A stretch of 64,000 bases of DNA from assembly GCA_038087875.1 (NCBI GenBank), contig CM075995.1, positions 6,636,001 to 6,700,000 of the forward strand, given 5' to 3'. Below the pieces are notes generated by a model. It had not been told where the DNA came from, ran no database searches, and saw nothing but the letters and a program-made list of their open reading frames with translations. This document shows positions 38,658-49,765 of this stretch, in pieces (position 1 is the first letter of the stretch; each line of letters begins with the position of its first letter). Source of the DNA: Malacoraja senta (lineage: Eukaryota). A program made the position numbers and the translations under genes.

Positions 38658-38902
38658 AGCGGTGCAGTGGCGAGGCAGTAGAGTTGCTGCCTCACAGCGC
38701 CAGAGACCTGGGTTCGACCCTGACCTCGGGTGCTTTCTGTGCGGAGTTTGTACATTCTCCCCGTGACTGCAGGGGTGCTCTGGTTTCCTCCAACACTCTA
38801 AAGACGTCCAGGTTTGTAGCTTAATTGGCTTCTGTAAAAAGTTGTAAATTGTCGGCACGGACTCGGTGGGCCTATTTCCGCGTTGTATTTCTAAAGTCTA
38901 AA
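38658..38902 (+). mobile_element. HE1-like V-SINE (internal deletion)
   Basis: A/B boxes, V core, tail. Confidence 0.85.
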
Positions 38903-39431
38903 TCACATCACCCAGAGTAAGTAATCAGTGTTACAATTTCACAACACTCTTGTGGATCCTGAGCAGGAAGTAAAACACTGTGTTGATACAGTATCAAAAA
39001 TTTACCATTGAAAAATGTTTGAAAATTTGCATGTAGCGCTTGCTTCAAAGAGGTACAGCAGCAGAGCACATGTATAAGATCACAATATTCTACTTAATTG
39101 AAAAACAGAAACTGAAGACTTCAGGTTCCTACAACTTAAAAAACATGCAAATTAAAACCAGCAAGGATCCAGAACTGAATCTTGAAAGTCTGCGGTAGTC
39201 TTTAAAGTGGAAATGTGTTGAAGGTCATGGGAGCTCTGTGGGAGCATATGCGTTTTTTCTCAAATCTTCAAATACTGTGCCATGGATTATGATGCGCTGA
39301 TATTTAAGGGCAATATGCATGGGTTACTACTCTGTAAATCTAATCACAGGCACCAGAGGATTTATTTCTAACATTATCTGATAGAAACACAAAAGTAAAA
39401 TGTTTGTTCAAAGAAAAAAAACTTCAAAATG

Positions 39432-39640
39432 CTGTAGGAAGGAACTGCAGATGTTGGTTTAAACCGAAGATAGACACAAAATGCTGGAGTAACTCAGCAG
39501 GACAGGCAGCATCTCTGGAGAGAAGTAATGGGTGACATTTCAGTTCGAGACTGAAGAACGGTCTGCCAAGAAACGTCACCCATTCCTTCTATCCAGAGAT
39601 GTTGCTTGTCCCGCTGAGTTATTCCAGCATTTTGTGACTA
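39432..39640. mobile_element. Fold-back Penelope terminal unit
   Basis: Inverted arms meeting at about 39545; ctgaagaacggtctgccaagaaacgtcacc. Confidence 0.8.
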
Positions 39641-40769
39641 TAAAAGATAATACAAATATATCTCTAAAAATAAAATATTTTGGTTTTGCAGAACCATATA
39701 AGAATATAAATTCCGTGACAAATGCATATTTGAACATATTTTTAATGCCATATTGTATTAACTATATTATAGTGACTCAATAATATTTGGCAAAGACTTT
39801 TCAACAAGATTGCGGAACATTAATTTATTTTCGATTGATTTACTGGTGTCAAGGCAACAACCTTTCTCGCAAAAGAGATAGTGATCGACTTCAGGAAGCA
39901 AAGCGGTGCACACACCCCAGTTTACATTGATGGCTTCGAAGTAGATGTGTTCCTAGTTCCTCGAAGTAAATATCACCAGCAACTTGTCTAAGCTACCATC
40001 TACCTCATTGGAGACCCTCGGACTCTTTAATTGGACTTTATCTTGCTTTATACGTTATTCCCGTTATCCTGTATCTGTACACTGTGGACAGCTCGATTGT
40101 AATTATGTATAGACTCCACTGACTGGGTAGCATGCAACAAAAATCTTTTCACTGCACATTGGTACATATGACATTAAGCTAAAACTTTCTTGTACTCGTC
40201 TTTTTTTCTTTTATAGTGAGGTGAGGAGATAAGAGGGGTTAGAATACCCTGGAATGGATGATAAGATGAAGCCTCTGTTCCTAGATCTTCAGTTGTACTA
40301 GCCAGGTCTGGTTCTTTTGCGGACACATTTTTGTCATTAAAATGGACCAGATTTGAAGCCTCATAACTCACATGTCATATAGTCATAGAGCTGTACAGCA
40401 CAGAAGCAGGCTCTTCGGCCCATCTTCTCCATGCTGACCATGTTGGCACACTGGGCTACATTTGCCTACATTTGACCCATAGCCATTAAATCATTCCTGT
40501 CCACATACCTACCAATAGTCTTTTAAAAGTCGGAAGTGTATCCACTTCTATAGCTTCCTCTGGCAGCTCATTCCGGATACGGACTACCCTCAAAGTAAAA
40601 ACGTTGCCCCCGAGGTCCCTCTTAAATCTATGCTCTCTAGTTTTTGAATCCTCTCCTCTAACCACTGCCATCTATAACAAACAGTGGCTCAATGGTGACC
40701 CCCTGTGGCTTCCAGTCAAAAACTGGAAATAATTAAATTGTTTCTCTTTGGTATATATTTAGGAGATTT

Positions 40770-40995
40770 AAACCGCAGATGCTGGTTTATACCGGAGATA
40801 GACACAAAAAGCTGGAGTAACAGCCGATTAGGCAGCTTCTCTGGAGAAAATGAATAGGTGACATTTTGGGTCAGGACCCCTCTTCAGACTGAAGAATGGT
40901 TCTAAAGAAGGGTTCTGACCCGAAACGTCACCTGTTCCTTTTCTCCAGAGATGCTGCGTGACCCGCTGAGTTACTCCAGCATTTTGAGTCTATGT
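40770..40995. mobile_element. Fold-back Penelope terminal unit
   Basis: Palindrome centre tcttcag-a-ctgaaga at 40881-40895. Confidence 0.8.
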
Positions 40996-41524
40996 GTGAA
41001 ACATTAGCCCTGCTTGCCTTTCTAAAGATGCTACCTGCCTGATCTACTGGGTGTTGCAAGCATTTTCTGTTTTTATTTCACAGACAGTAACTTGACTGGA
41101 CCAGCATCTTCTGTTCCTTGTGTCTAAACTTGACTGGAGTGCCTGTTGCAAAATAACTCTTCGAGACCTTAACAGAATGTTGGTTGTCCTTTTCTTTGAT
41201 GGAGGGACAATGAAGATAAAAGGACCAAGCAAAATTACAATTTATAAAAGCTTGGGATTCTTTTCTCATGTGGGCATATCCCCAACCTTATTGAAGTGCA
41301 TTTCTATTGCTAGAAATTCGAATCAATAAAATCTGAAATATCTGAATGCTAATGGAATTAGCCCATACCCTGAGGGGATGAAGAGATGAGTCCAAATACA
41401 AAAATAATATCATTACATTTGCCTCATCTGGACTACATTGTTTCAATGGTTCAATGCTCTTTGATGGTCACGTATGCATTGCAGTGAAATTCTCTTTACA
41501 TTGCTCACACTTGCACGAGCCATT

Positions 41525-41880
41525 GATTCATACAGTGTGGAAACAGGCCCTTCGGCCCAACTTCCCTAAGCCGATCAACATATCCCATCTACACTAGCCC
41601 CACCTGCCTACGTTTGGCCCAGATCCCTCTAAACCTATTCTATCCATGTACCTGTCTAAATGAGTCTTAAACGTTGTGATAGTCCCTCCCTCTAGTCCCT
41701 GTCTCAACTACCTCCTCCGGCAGCTCATTCCATACACCCACCACCCTTTGTGTAAAAAAGTTACCCCTCAGGTTCCCATTAAATGTTCTCCCTGCTCATC
41801 TTAAACCTATGTCCTCCGGCTGTCGACTCCCCTGCTCTGAGCAGAAGACTCTGCGTCTACACGATCCATTCCTCTCATGT
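41525..41880 (-). mobile_element. CR1/HER1-type 3' fragment
   Basis: Reverse complement of the HER1-like end. Confidence 0.8.
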
Positions 41881-42420
41881 CGCTATATTTTGGCGCCATT
41901 TACAAAAGTCTGAAGTCTAGTCTGGGTGCTCAATGTTCACATCAATGTACAGCACAGTTTTGTCACAATGTGGAATTTTTGGGTTCTGTTTCAGATTTCC
42001 AGCTTCTGCAGGATTTTGCTTTTCATGTACCAAAGCGATGTTTGACTAATGGAGGACAGTCTGACTTTGGTGTCGAAGAAAATTACAGTATTTGATAATA
42101 GGACTGAACCTTAAGCTTATAGCTGGACCAGCTAAATTCAGAGGTAGAGAGGCATAGTCAAACGGTGTGGAAACAAGCTCTTCCACCCAACTTGCCCACA
42201 CCAACTGAATCGTCCTGAACGGTTAACTTCTGCTCACTTTTTAACTACTTGCTCCGTTTTTCTTATTGTTCCGAGCAATACATAACACCGATCAACATGC
42301 CCCATCTACACCATTCCCAACAGCCTGCGCTTGGCCCATATCCCTCTAAACCTATCCTATCCATGTACCTGTACAAATGTTTTTTTTAATGTTGTGATAG
42401 TATCCGATAATCTCTATGTC

Positions 42421-42630
42421 ATGTTTAAGAAGGAACTGCAGATGCTGGAACAATCCAAGGTAGACAAAAATGCTGGAGAAACTCAGCGGGTGAGGCAGCA
42501 TCTATGGAGCGAAGAAATGGGTGATGTTTCAGACTGAAGAAGTGTCTAGACCCGAAACGTCACCCAGTCCTTCGCTCCATAGTTGCTGCCTCACCCGCTG
42601 AGTTTCTCCAGCATTTTTGTCTACCTTCTA
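42421..42630. mobile_element. Fold-back Penelope terminal unit (second subfamily)
   Basis: Inverted arms; ctgaagaagtgtctagacccgaaacgtcacc. Confidence 0.8.
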
Positions 42631-43758
42631 TAAGTTATGTCCTCATTTTTCTCTACTTACATTAGAAAGCATTGGAAATATTCAGCCCATCAGCATGAAG
42701 GGTCTCGACCCAAAACATCACCCATTCCTTCTCTCCAGAGAACTGCCTGTCCCGCTGAGTTATTCCAGCATTTTGTATCTATCTTCTGCCTAAATTAAAT
42801 CTCTGCAGCCCTCCACTCTAGCAATCTTACCCCTTTTGATTTATTTTCCCATTCCCGATCCTTTATTCTGCATCTCTAAATATTCCTTGCTTTGCAGTTC
42901 ATTGATTTGAAACATCAGCCATTTCCACGTTCCAAAGATGCTGCTTGCCTTGCTATTTACAACACTATTCTAATTCAATTACAAAACCTGCAGTATTTTG
43001 GGTTATTTTTCTCTCTCATCAAGCAGAAATCCACCTGCGCCAGAGGATTGTAAGGTATTGAAGAATTAACAGCATCACTTGCCAATATTTAGGCAACATC
43101 TGACAAAATTACAACATAAAATGACAGTCGTCATAGATAGGGTAGACAGTCAGAATCTTTTTCCCCCACAAGATAAAAAAAAACAAATACTAGAGGGTAT
43201 AGCCTTAAGGTGAGAGGGGTAAAGTTTACAAGAGACGCACAGGGCAATTTTAATTTTACACAGTGGTGAGGGCCTGTTATATGCTGCCAGGGGAGGTGGT
43301 AAAGGCAGATGTGTTAGTGGCATTTAAGAGGCTTTTAGATTGGCACATGGATATGCAGGGAATGGGTTATGTGGAGGTCGATAAGTGATGGTCTTGGCAT
43401 CATGTTCAGCACAGACATTGTGGGCCGAAGGACCTTTTCTCTGTTGTACTGTTCTAGGTTTTATGTTCGAAAGGTGATCAAGGCAAATCGAGGCACAGAG
43501 GCATTCAAGATGTTTAAAAAGTGCATTGAAAATATATCAGTTGAACAGATTATTAAGACCATAAATTATTTAGGCATATATCGTTAAATATTTGCTAAAA
43601 AGATGCATTAAGATACAAATTTTTGAATAGTTTAGTTCACATTGTGAACAAATTAGAAAATAGTCACAGAACTATGTACCTGCACCCAAAGTCTCCCTGG
43701 TGAGAGGGAAATACCTGATAATTTAAAAAAAAATCACAAGTTTAAATTATCACAAATG

Positions 43759-44069
43759 GGGCGGCAAGGTGGCGTAGTTGCTGCCTTACAGCACTTGCAG
43801 CAGCAGAGACCCGGGTTCGATCCTGACTACGGGTGCTGTCAGTACGGAGTTTATACGTTCTCCCTGTGACCTCGTGGATTTTCTGCAAGATCTTTGGTTT
43901 CCTCCCACACTCCAAAGACGTACAGGTCTGTAGGTTAATTGACTTGGTATAAATATAAAATTGTCCCTAATGCGTGTGGGATGGTATTAATATGTGGGGA
44001 TCGTTAGTTGGTGTGGACACAGTGGGCCGAAGGGCCCGTTTCCGCCCTGTATCTCTAAACTAAACTAAA
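43759..44069 (+). mobile_element. HE1-like V-SINE
   Basis: Full head-to-tail match. Confidence 0.9.
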
Positions 44070-44130
44070 TCAGGCATTTATACAACCTTTAAATTGTTCT
44101 GCTTCATAAATTGATAAAGGTTGTATAAAT

Positions 44131-44280
44131 GTGTAGGAAAGAACTGCAGATGCTAGTTCATACTGACGATAGACACAACATGCTGGAGTAACTCAGCGGG
44201 ACAGGCAGCATCTCTGGAGAGAAGGAATGGATGACGTTTCGGGTAGAGACCCTTCTTCAGTGGGTCCGTCTTGGTGTGGA
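44131..44280 (-). mobile_element. Penelope terminal unit with hammerhead core and perfect 13-bp TSD
   Basis: gttgtataaatgt at 44120-44132 and 44281-44293; minus-strand CTGAAGAAGGGTCTCTACCCGAAACGTC. Confidence 0.85.
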
Positions 44281-44885
44281 GTTGTATAAATGTCCAATTT
44301 AAATTTGTGACTTTTTTATTTTTAATTTATCAAATTATCAAATATTTCCGAGTTTTGTCCAGAGTTTTATGCACAAACCAGTAACAATTATCATCAAAAC
44401 GTTATGCTGTTACGTTCTGCCCCTTCCTTCTATGTTCAGTTTAATGGACAGCAAAGTGCAAGGGATAAATGATGTTCACAGTCGTCTACGAGGCTGAGGC
44501 AACATTCAAACAATCTCAAATGATTAAGGGACCCAGACACTCATGTGTGACCAGGTCCACAAATGGATTTATATCAATCTTCTGACTGGGTTTGCAGATA
44601 ACTACCAGCAAATCGTACGTGTCCAATTCTATTAGTCACTGTGTATTGCGTGGGCAGATTTCATTTTCCCCATTGCCCGATTCTGTATCTTGCACAAACA
44701 TGTCTAGAAAATGGACTGCAGCATTTTTACCGTGCTAAATAAATGTGTGCCATTAGCCGCGATGGCGAACTGGAAGTCCAAGAAAAATAGTTTGGGCCAC
44801 CTTGTTTGGAAAAAAATGTTATTGTAATTTACTCATTCGTCTAGTTTACTATTGTCACGTGGACATAAGCTTTTGTTGGGTGCTT

Positions 44886-45184
44886 AGTATTAGTTTAGAG
44901 ATACAGCGTGGAAACATGGCCCTTCGGCCCACCAAGTCCGCGCCGGCCAGCAATCCCCGTACACTAGGACTATCCTACACACTAGGGAGAATTTACATTT
45001 ATACCAAGTCAATTAACCTACAACCCTGTACGTTTTTAGAGCGTGGGAGGAAACGGAAGATCTCAGAGAAAACCCAAGCAGGTCACGGGGAGAACGTACA
45101 ATCTCCGCACAGACAGCACCCGCGATCAGTATCGAACCCCGGTCTTTGGCGCTGTAAGGCAGTAGCTCTACCACTGTGCCACCG
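44886..45184 (-). mobile_element. HE1-like V-SINE
   Basis: Reverse complement of the SINE consensus. Confidence 0.88.
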
Positions 45185-45768
45185 AAGATTGGATGATGTA
45201 TAGTCTTTTGACTGGTGCTGTCCAGGCAAAAGACTATACATTAATCCAATCAAGCTGTTATGGGAATGAATAAAACCACACACAGAGTTTCCCTGCGACA
45301 TACTCAGTTCGCCTCAGTGACGGCATTAGAAATGGGTCAGTGTTGTTAAAGAGATTTGTTCCTTAACAGCTTTGGACCGCCACAGAGAATAGTGGGGGGG
45401 GGAGGGGTAGACACAAAATGCTGGAGTAACTCACCAGGATTTAAACCAGCATCTGCAGTTCTTTCCTACACATAGTGGAGGGGGTATGGATTTGAGCGGG
45501 AGAATGGGAAATTGGAGGGAGTGTGTGATGAGATTGGGAGGGGGGGGGGGGGGGGGTGGATTTTAACAACACAATGGCCCGCTTTAAACTGCTGTGATCA
45601 GACTCGGAATAAGTCGGGATCAGAGCATGAAAGCACAATTGTACGCAGTGCCCCGGCCAGCGGACGTCTTTTAAATACAGGATAAACAGCAAATGATTTA
45701 TAAAATATAATATTTTATTTATTATCATTTGTTTTATATATGATTATTTTATAACATCATAATAATAT

Positions 45769-46066
45769 GGGGCGACACAGTGGCACGGCGGTAGAGTTGC
45801 TGCCTTGCAGTGCCAGAGACCCGGGTTCGATCCTGATCACAGGTGCGGTTTGTGCGGAGTTTGTACGTTCTCCCCGTGACCTTTTTCTGGCACCCCGGTT
45901 TCCTCCCGCACTCCAAAGGCGTACAGGTTTGTAGGTTAATTGGCTTTAGTATAATTGTAAATTGTCCATAGTGTGTAGGATAGTGCTAGTGTAAGGGGTG
46001 ATCGCTGATCGGCGCGGACTCGGTCGGCCGAAGGGTCTGTTTCCGCGCTGTATCGCTAAACTAAAC
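45769..46066 (+). mobile_element. HE1-like V-SINE
   Basis: Full head-to-tail match. Confidence 0.9.
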
Positions 46067-46406
46067 AAATGGAGGAATTTTGTTAGTCAGAGGGTGGTGA
46101 ATCTGTGGAACTCATTGCCGCCAATGGCTGTGGATGCCAAGTCAATGGGTATTTTTAAGGAGGAGATTAAACAAAATATCTCAGTGACGTGCCTTTAAAT
46201 CACTCACGATTCATTACTTTCATCAAGCTGCATACATTTTAATTAAACTGCAGAGCTCCAAGATCAAACTTTTGAGACAATATTTGTCAATAAATAATTA
46301 ACATGAGCTGCGCGTATTGATGGCAGCATCATGGAGTGAAAATACTATCGGCAAAAGAAACCCGCATCAGGGGGAAACCGCGTAAAGGATCCTATCTAAA
46401 AAAACG

Positions 46407-46593
46407 GGACGGCACGGTGGCACAGCGGTAGAGTTGCTGCCTTACAACATCAGAGACCCGGGTTCAATCCTGTCCGGGTGACCTGCGTGGGTTTTCTCCG
46501 GATGCTCCGGTTTCCTCCCACACTCCAAAAACGTACAGGTTTGTAGGTTAATTGGCTTTGGTAAAATTGTAAATTGCCCCTAGTGTGTGTAGG
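46407..46593 (+). mobile_element. HE1-like V-SINE, partial
   Basis: Head and V core with deletions. Confidence 0.8.
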
Positions 46594-47739
46594 AAACTGT
46601 GGAATGTTTTGTTTTCAATGCACGATGCACATATTAGAACAGACACAAATGGATCCAATTTCTGGGCACGTCTCCTCCGTGTCTCAGCGCTGTCTCGAAC
46701 CTTCAACTCCAGGGCCGTACGTCACGGTGAATGGAAGCAGGGAAGCAAGCTGCAGAATCAGATGTTCCCGTAACGCACGAAGATGTCATAGTGCTCCTAG
46801 TCCGCATTACAATCCACCCTCCCATTAACCGTTCTTCATCTTTTGTTCATTGTTAATTTGCTGATTTTCAGTGATGATTCAATGGTACATAGGTGCAGGG
46901 AAATTCTCTTTTTGCATGCAGCCCACAAAAGAGTCGACACGTTTCCGGTGTTACAAAAGTCCTCGTTAGAGTCATTTGTGTTTAAGAAGGAACTGCAGAT
47001 GCTGGAAAATCGAAGCTGCTGCACCCACTGAGTTTCTCCAGCATTTTTGTGTACCCTCATTAGAGTCATATTGGTCCGTATTCATTCTCGCGTGTGTGTG
47101 TGCATTTTCCTCCCCCCCCCCCACCGGGTCCCTCTGAGTTCTCGCTGGGTCCCTCTTTCAATTTGTTAATTTGTCAGAGAGAGCATGGTGGTGCAGCGGT
47201 GGAGTTGCTGCCTCACGGCACCCGACAAAGATAAATTGCAAAGCTTCAAGGAGACAGATAGGGATAGGGATACGTAGAGTGCTTACAATGTTTAAAGTCC
47301 TCTTGATGTTTTACAATAATTCTGTTTTAAAGAAGGTTGAAACTTAGCATGCGTAGCTGACACTCACTGCAGTTTACTTTGGTCAGATTCTGTTCTCTGT
47401 TGTCAAAGGACAAACGACAATCGTCAAACAATGAAGTAAGGCCATTTTTCTTATCTGTAATGGGGTGACATTTAGCTGTGTTTACTGTTCTGTGTTTTCC
47501 GGCGGTGAATGGTCTGTGAGTGTTTTAAAACCATTTGGGGAAAAGGGAAAATTCCTGAAGTGCTTGCTATGATAAACAGAATATCAAAAGGAAAGTCTGT
47601 ATATAAGGAGCAGATTAATCTTTGTTCGTTGAGCAATCTCCTACATTGCTCCCAGTGATCAATGTATTTGGCGCTCTTGAATAAAGTCTTGATCGTCTTT
47701 TCCGTTATTTGTGTTGTGTATCAAGGTTTTCTTTAACTC

Positions 47740-48005
47740 ATCAGAGACCCGGGTTTGATCCTGACTACTGGTGCTGTCTGTGTGGAGGTTGTACATTCTC
47801 TCTGTGACCGCGTGGGTTTCTTCCGGGAACCTGCGGTTTCCTCCCACACTCCAAAGACATATCGATTTATAGATTAATTGGCTTGGTATAATTGCAAATT
47901 GTTCCTATTGTGTGTAGGATAGCGTTAGGGTGCGAGGTTCGCTGGTCGGCGCAGACTCGGTGGGCCGAAGGGCCTGTTTCCGCGCCGCATCTCCAAAACT
48001 AAAAT
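47740..48005 (+). mobile_element. HE1-like V-SINE lacking the A-box head (a head fragment lies at about 47183-47225)
   Basis: cagagacccgggtttgatcc through the tail. Confidence 0.8.
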
Positions 48006-48016
48006 TAAATAAAACC

Positions 48017-49182
48017 AAACATTTTTTTCAGGGTTATAAATTGTTACTTGTGTGGCAATGAATCTTCAGCTATTCACTTTACATACATGACTTAGATGCA
48101 TTGCATTGTTAGGTAAGAAAGTGACCAACAAGAACATTTTCTTCAGGATTATAAATTATTAGCGTGGTATCGCAGAATTCAGCAATGAGCTTTCAGCCCA
48201 AGAGGGCCGGTGAGCAGACCGGCTGCGGGAGGGAGTGCACAGCCTAGATGGGGGAGTGGACCGCTGGAGGCCCTGCAGCAGCCTGGGGCTCGGCTGGACC
48301 GGGAGCCGCTCCCAGAGGCCGAGCATGTAGACCGGACGAGACCTACAGCGATGGAACAGCGGCGGAGGACACCACTGCTACGTTTGGACAGACCGACCCT
48401 GCAACATCGTCATGACAACTGGCCTTCATGGACAGGCCAAGAATCCTGCACTTACAAATATTGGGACTGGGAAATGGCGCCAGACTGGTGACTCTGTATA
48501 TTGTCTCAGTGTACTACTGCCATGCTTCGGCAGCACGGTGGTGCAGCGGTAGAGTTGCTGCTTTACAGCGCTTGCAGCGCCAGAGTCCCGGGTTCAATCC
48601 CAACTATGGGTGCTGTCTGTACGGAATTTGTACGTTCTCCCCGTGACCTGCGTGGGTTTTCTCCGAGATCTTCGGTTTCCTCCCGCACTCCAAAGACATA
48701 CAGGTTTGTAGGTTAATTGGCTTGGGTTTGTATACTTGGTATAAATATAAATTGTTCCTACTGTATGTAGGCTTGTGTTAATGTGCGGGGATCGCTGGTT
48801 GTTGCGGACTCGGTAGGCCGAAGGGCCTGATTCCGTGCTGGATCTCTAAACTAAACTGAAAGACTAAACTAAACCACACTTGTACTGTATCTGTATGTAA
48901 GTGCTTATGTATAGTGAGAATTGAACTGTATACAAAAATGAATTTCACTGAACCTCGGTACAAGTGACAAACATAGTACCATACCACAGCTGCTGTTTAC
49001 ACTTTACATACATGACTTAGATAGATGACATTGCTAAGTAACAACATTGCCTACAAGAACATTTTTTATAGGATTATAAACTGTTACTAGCGGGGAATTG
49101 GCAATGAGCACTCAGCTGTTTACACTTTACATACGTGATTTAGATCCATTTACAATAGCTAAGAAAGCAAATGATCTACAAG
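48017..49182. repeat. Degenerate tandem repeat (about 115-130 bp unit, 3 copies) interrupted by a composite insertion of about 790 bp
   Basis: Unit aacattttt..aggattataaa..gcaatga..tcagct..cactttacatac.tga.ttagat..acaag at 48017, 48132 (split) and 49058. Confidence 0.75.
48529..48857 (+). mobile_element. HE1-like V-SINE nested in the composite insertion 48198-48987
   Basis: Full head-to-tail match. Confidence 0.9.
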
Positions 49183-49408
49183 ATTATCATTTCTAAAAAC
49201 AAACAGATGACAGAATGAGAAAGAAAGTAGATAGACTACGATGTGGGGAAAAAGTGAGTGCTCCACTGTTCAATAGCAGTTTGACTTCATTAGGCACCAT
49301 CTGACACAGATGATATTTAATTTGATGTGCTAAGGATCCATGGCAATAGGTTTTCTAGCATCATGACAAGCTTCAAAAGCAAGATTGTAAAATATAAACA
49401 GAGCCTAC

Positions 49409-49431
49409 CTTTCATAGCTTCAATGTTTTTC
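49409..49431 (-). CDS. dtnbp1: 23-nt coding microexon of the dysbindin-like gene (phase 2 to phase 1)
   Basis: Minus strand reads atttattttttccttgatag-type acceptor|GAAAAACATTGAAGCTATGAAAG|gtaggc. It continues the previous exon in frame as (R)KNIEAMK, matching the recalled 23-nt human exon encoding (R)KELETFK(A). Confidence 0.85.
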
Positions 49432-49765
49432 CTATCAAGGAAAAAAATAAATGTTAATCCATGTCATTTAGAATTACAATAGTGTAGAAGTTAATTACTG
49501 AAAATTATGATACATATAACACTCATTATAACGGACCATGAGAGGGGGGGGGGGGATTGTGTCCGTTATTACTTATTGTCCGCTATAGCCAGGTACGCTC
49601 CAACCATCTGGTCACACCATTACATTGTTAACGTAGTTACCGTGTTAAATGTTTATAGTCAGAGTCATAGAGTGATACAGCGTGGAAACAGACCCTTCGG
49701 CCCAACTTGGCCACACCGGCCAACATGCCCCATCTACACGAGTCCCACCTGCCTACATTTGGCCC

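Noticed and set aside
40174..40371. 65-aa minus-strand ORF in unique-looking sequence
   Set aside because: No recognisable homology or convincing splice context.
48017..49182. CRISPR-like or prokaryotic repeat-spacer system
   Set aside because: Vertebrate context; the units are long diverged tandem copies without unique spacers or cas genes.
1..49400. Search for the next dysbindin exon (..KLKERQKFFEEAFQQD..) on the minus strand
   Set aside because: Not found by eye; presumed to lie beyond the left edge, though a manual scan can miss it.
49432..49480. SRRM3/4-type neural microexon regulation
   Set aside because: No UGC motif near the acceptor, and the 23-nt exon is not frame-preserving, so it is more likely constitutive.
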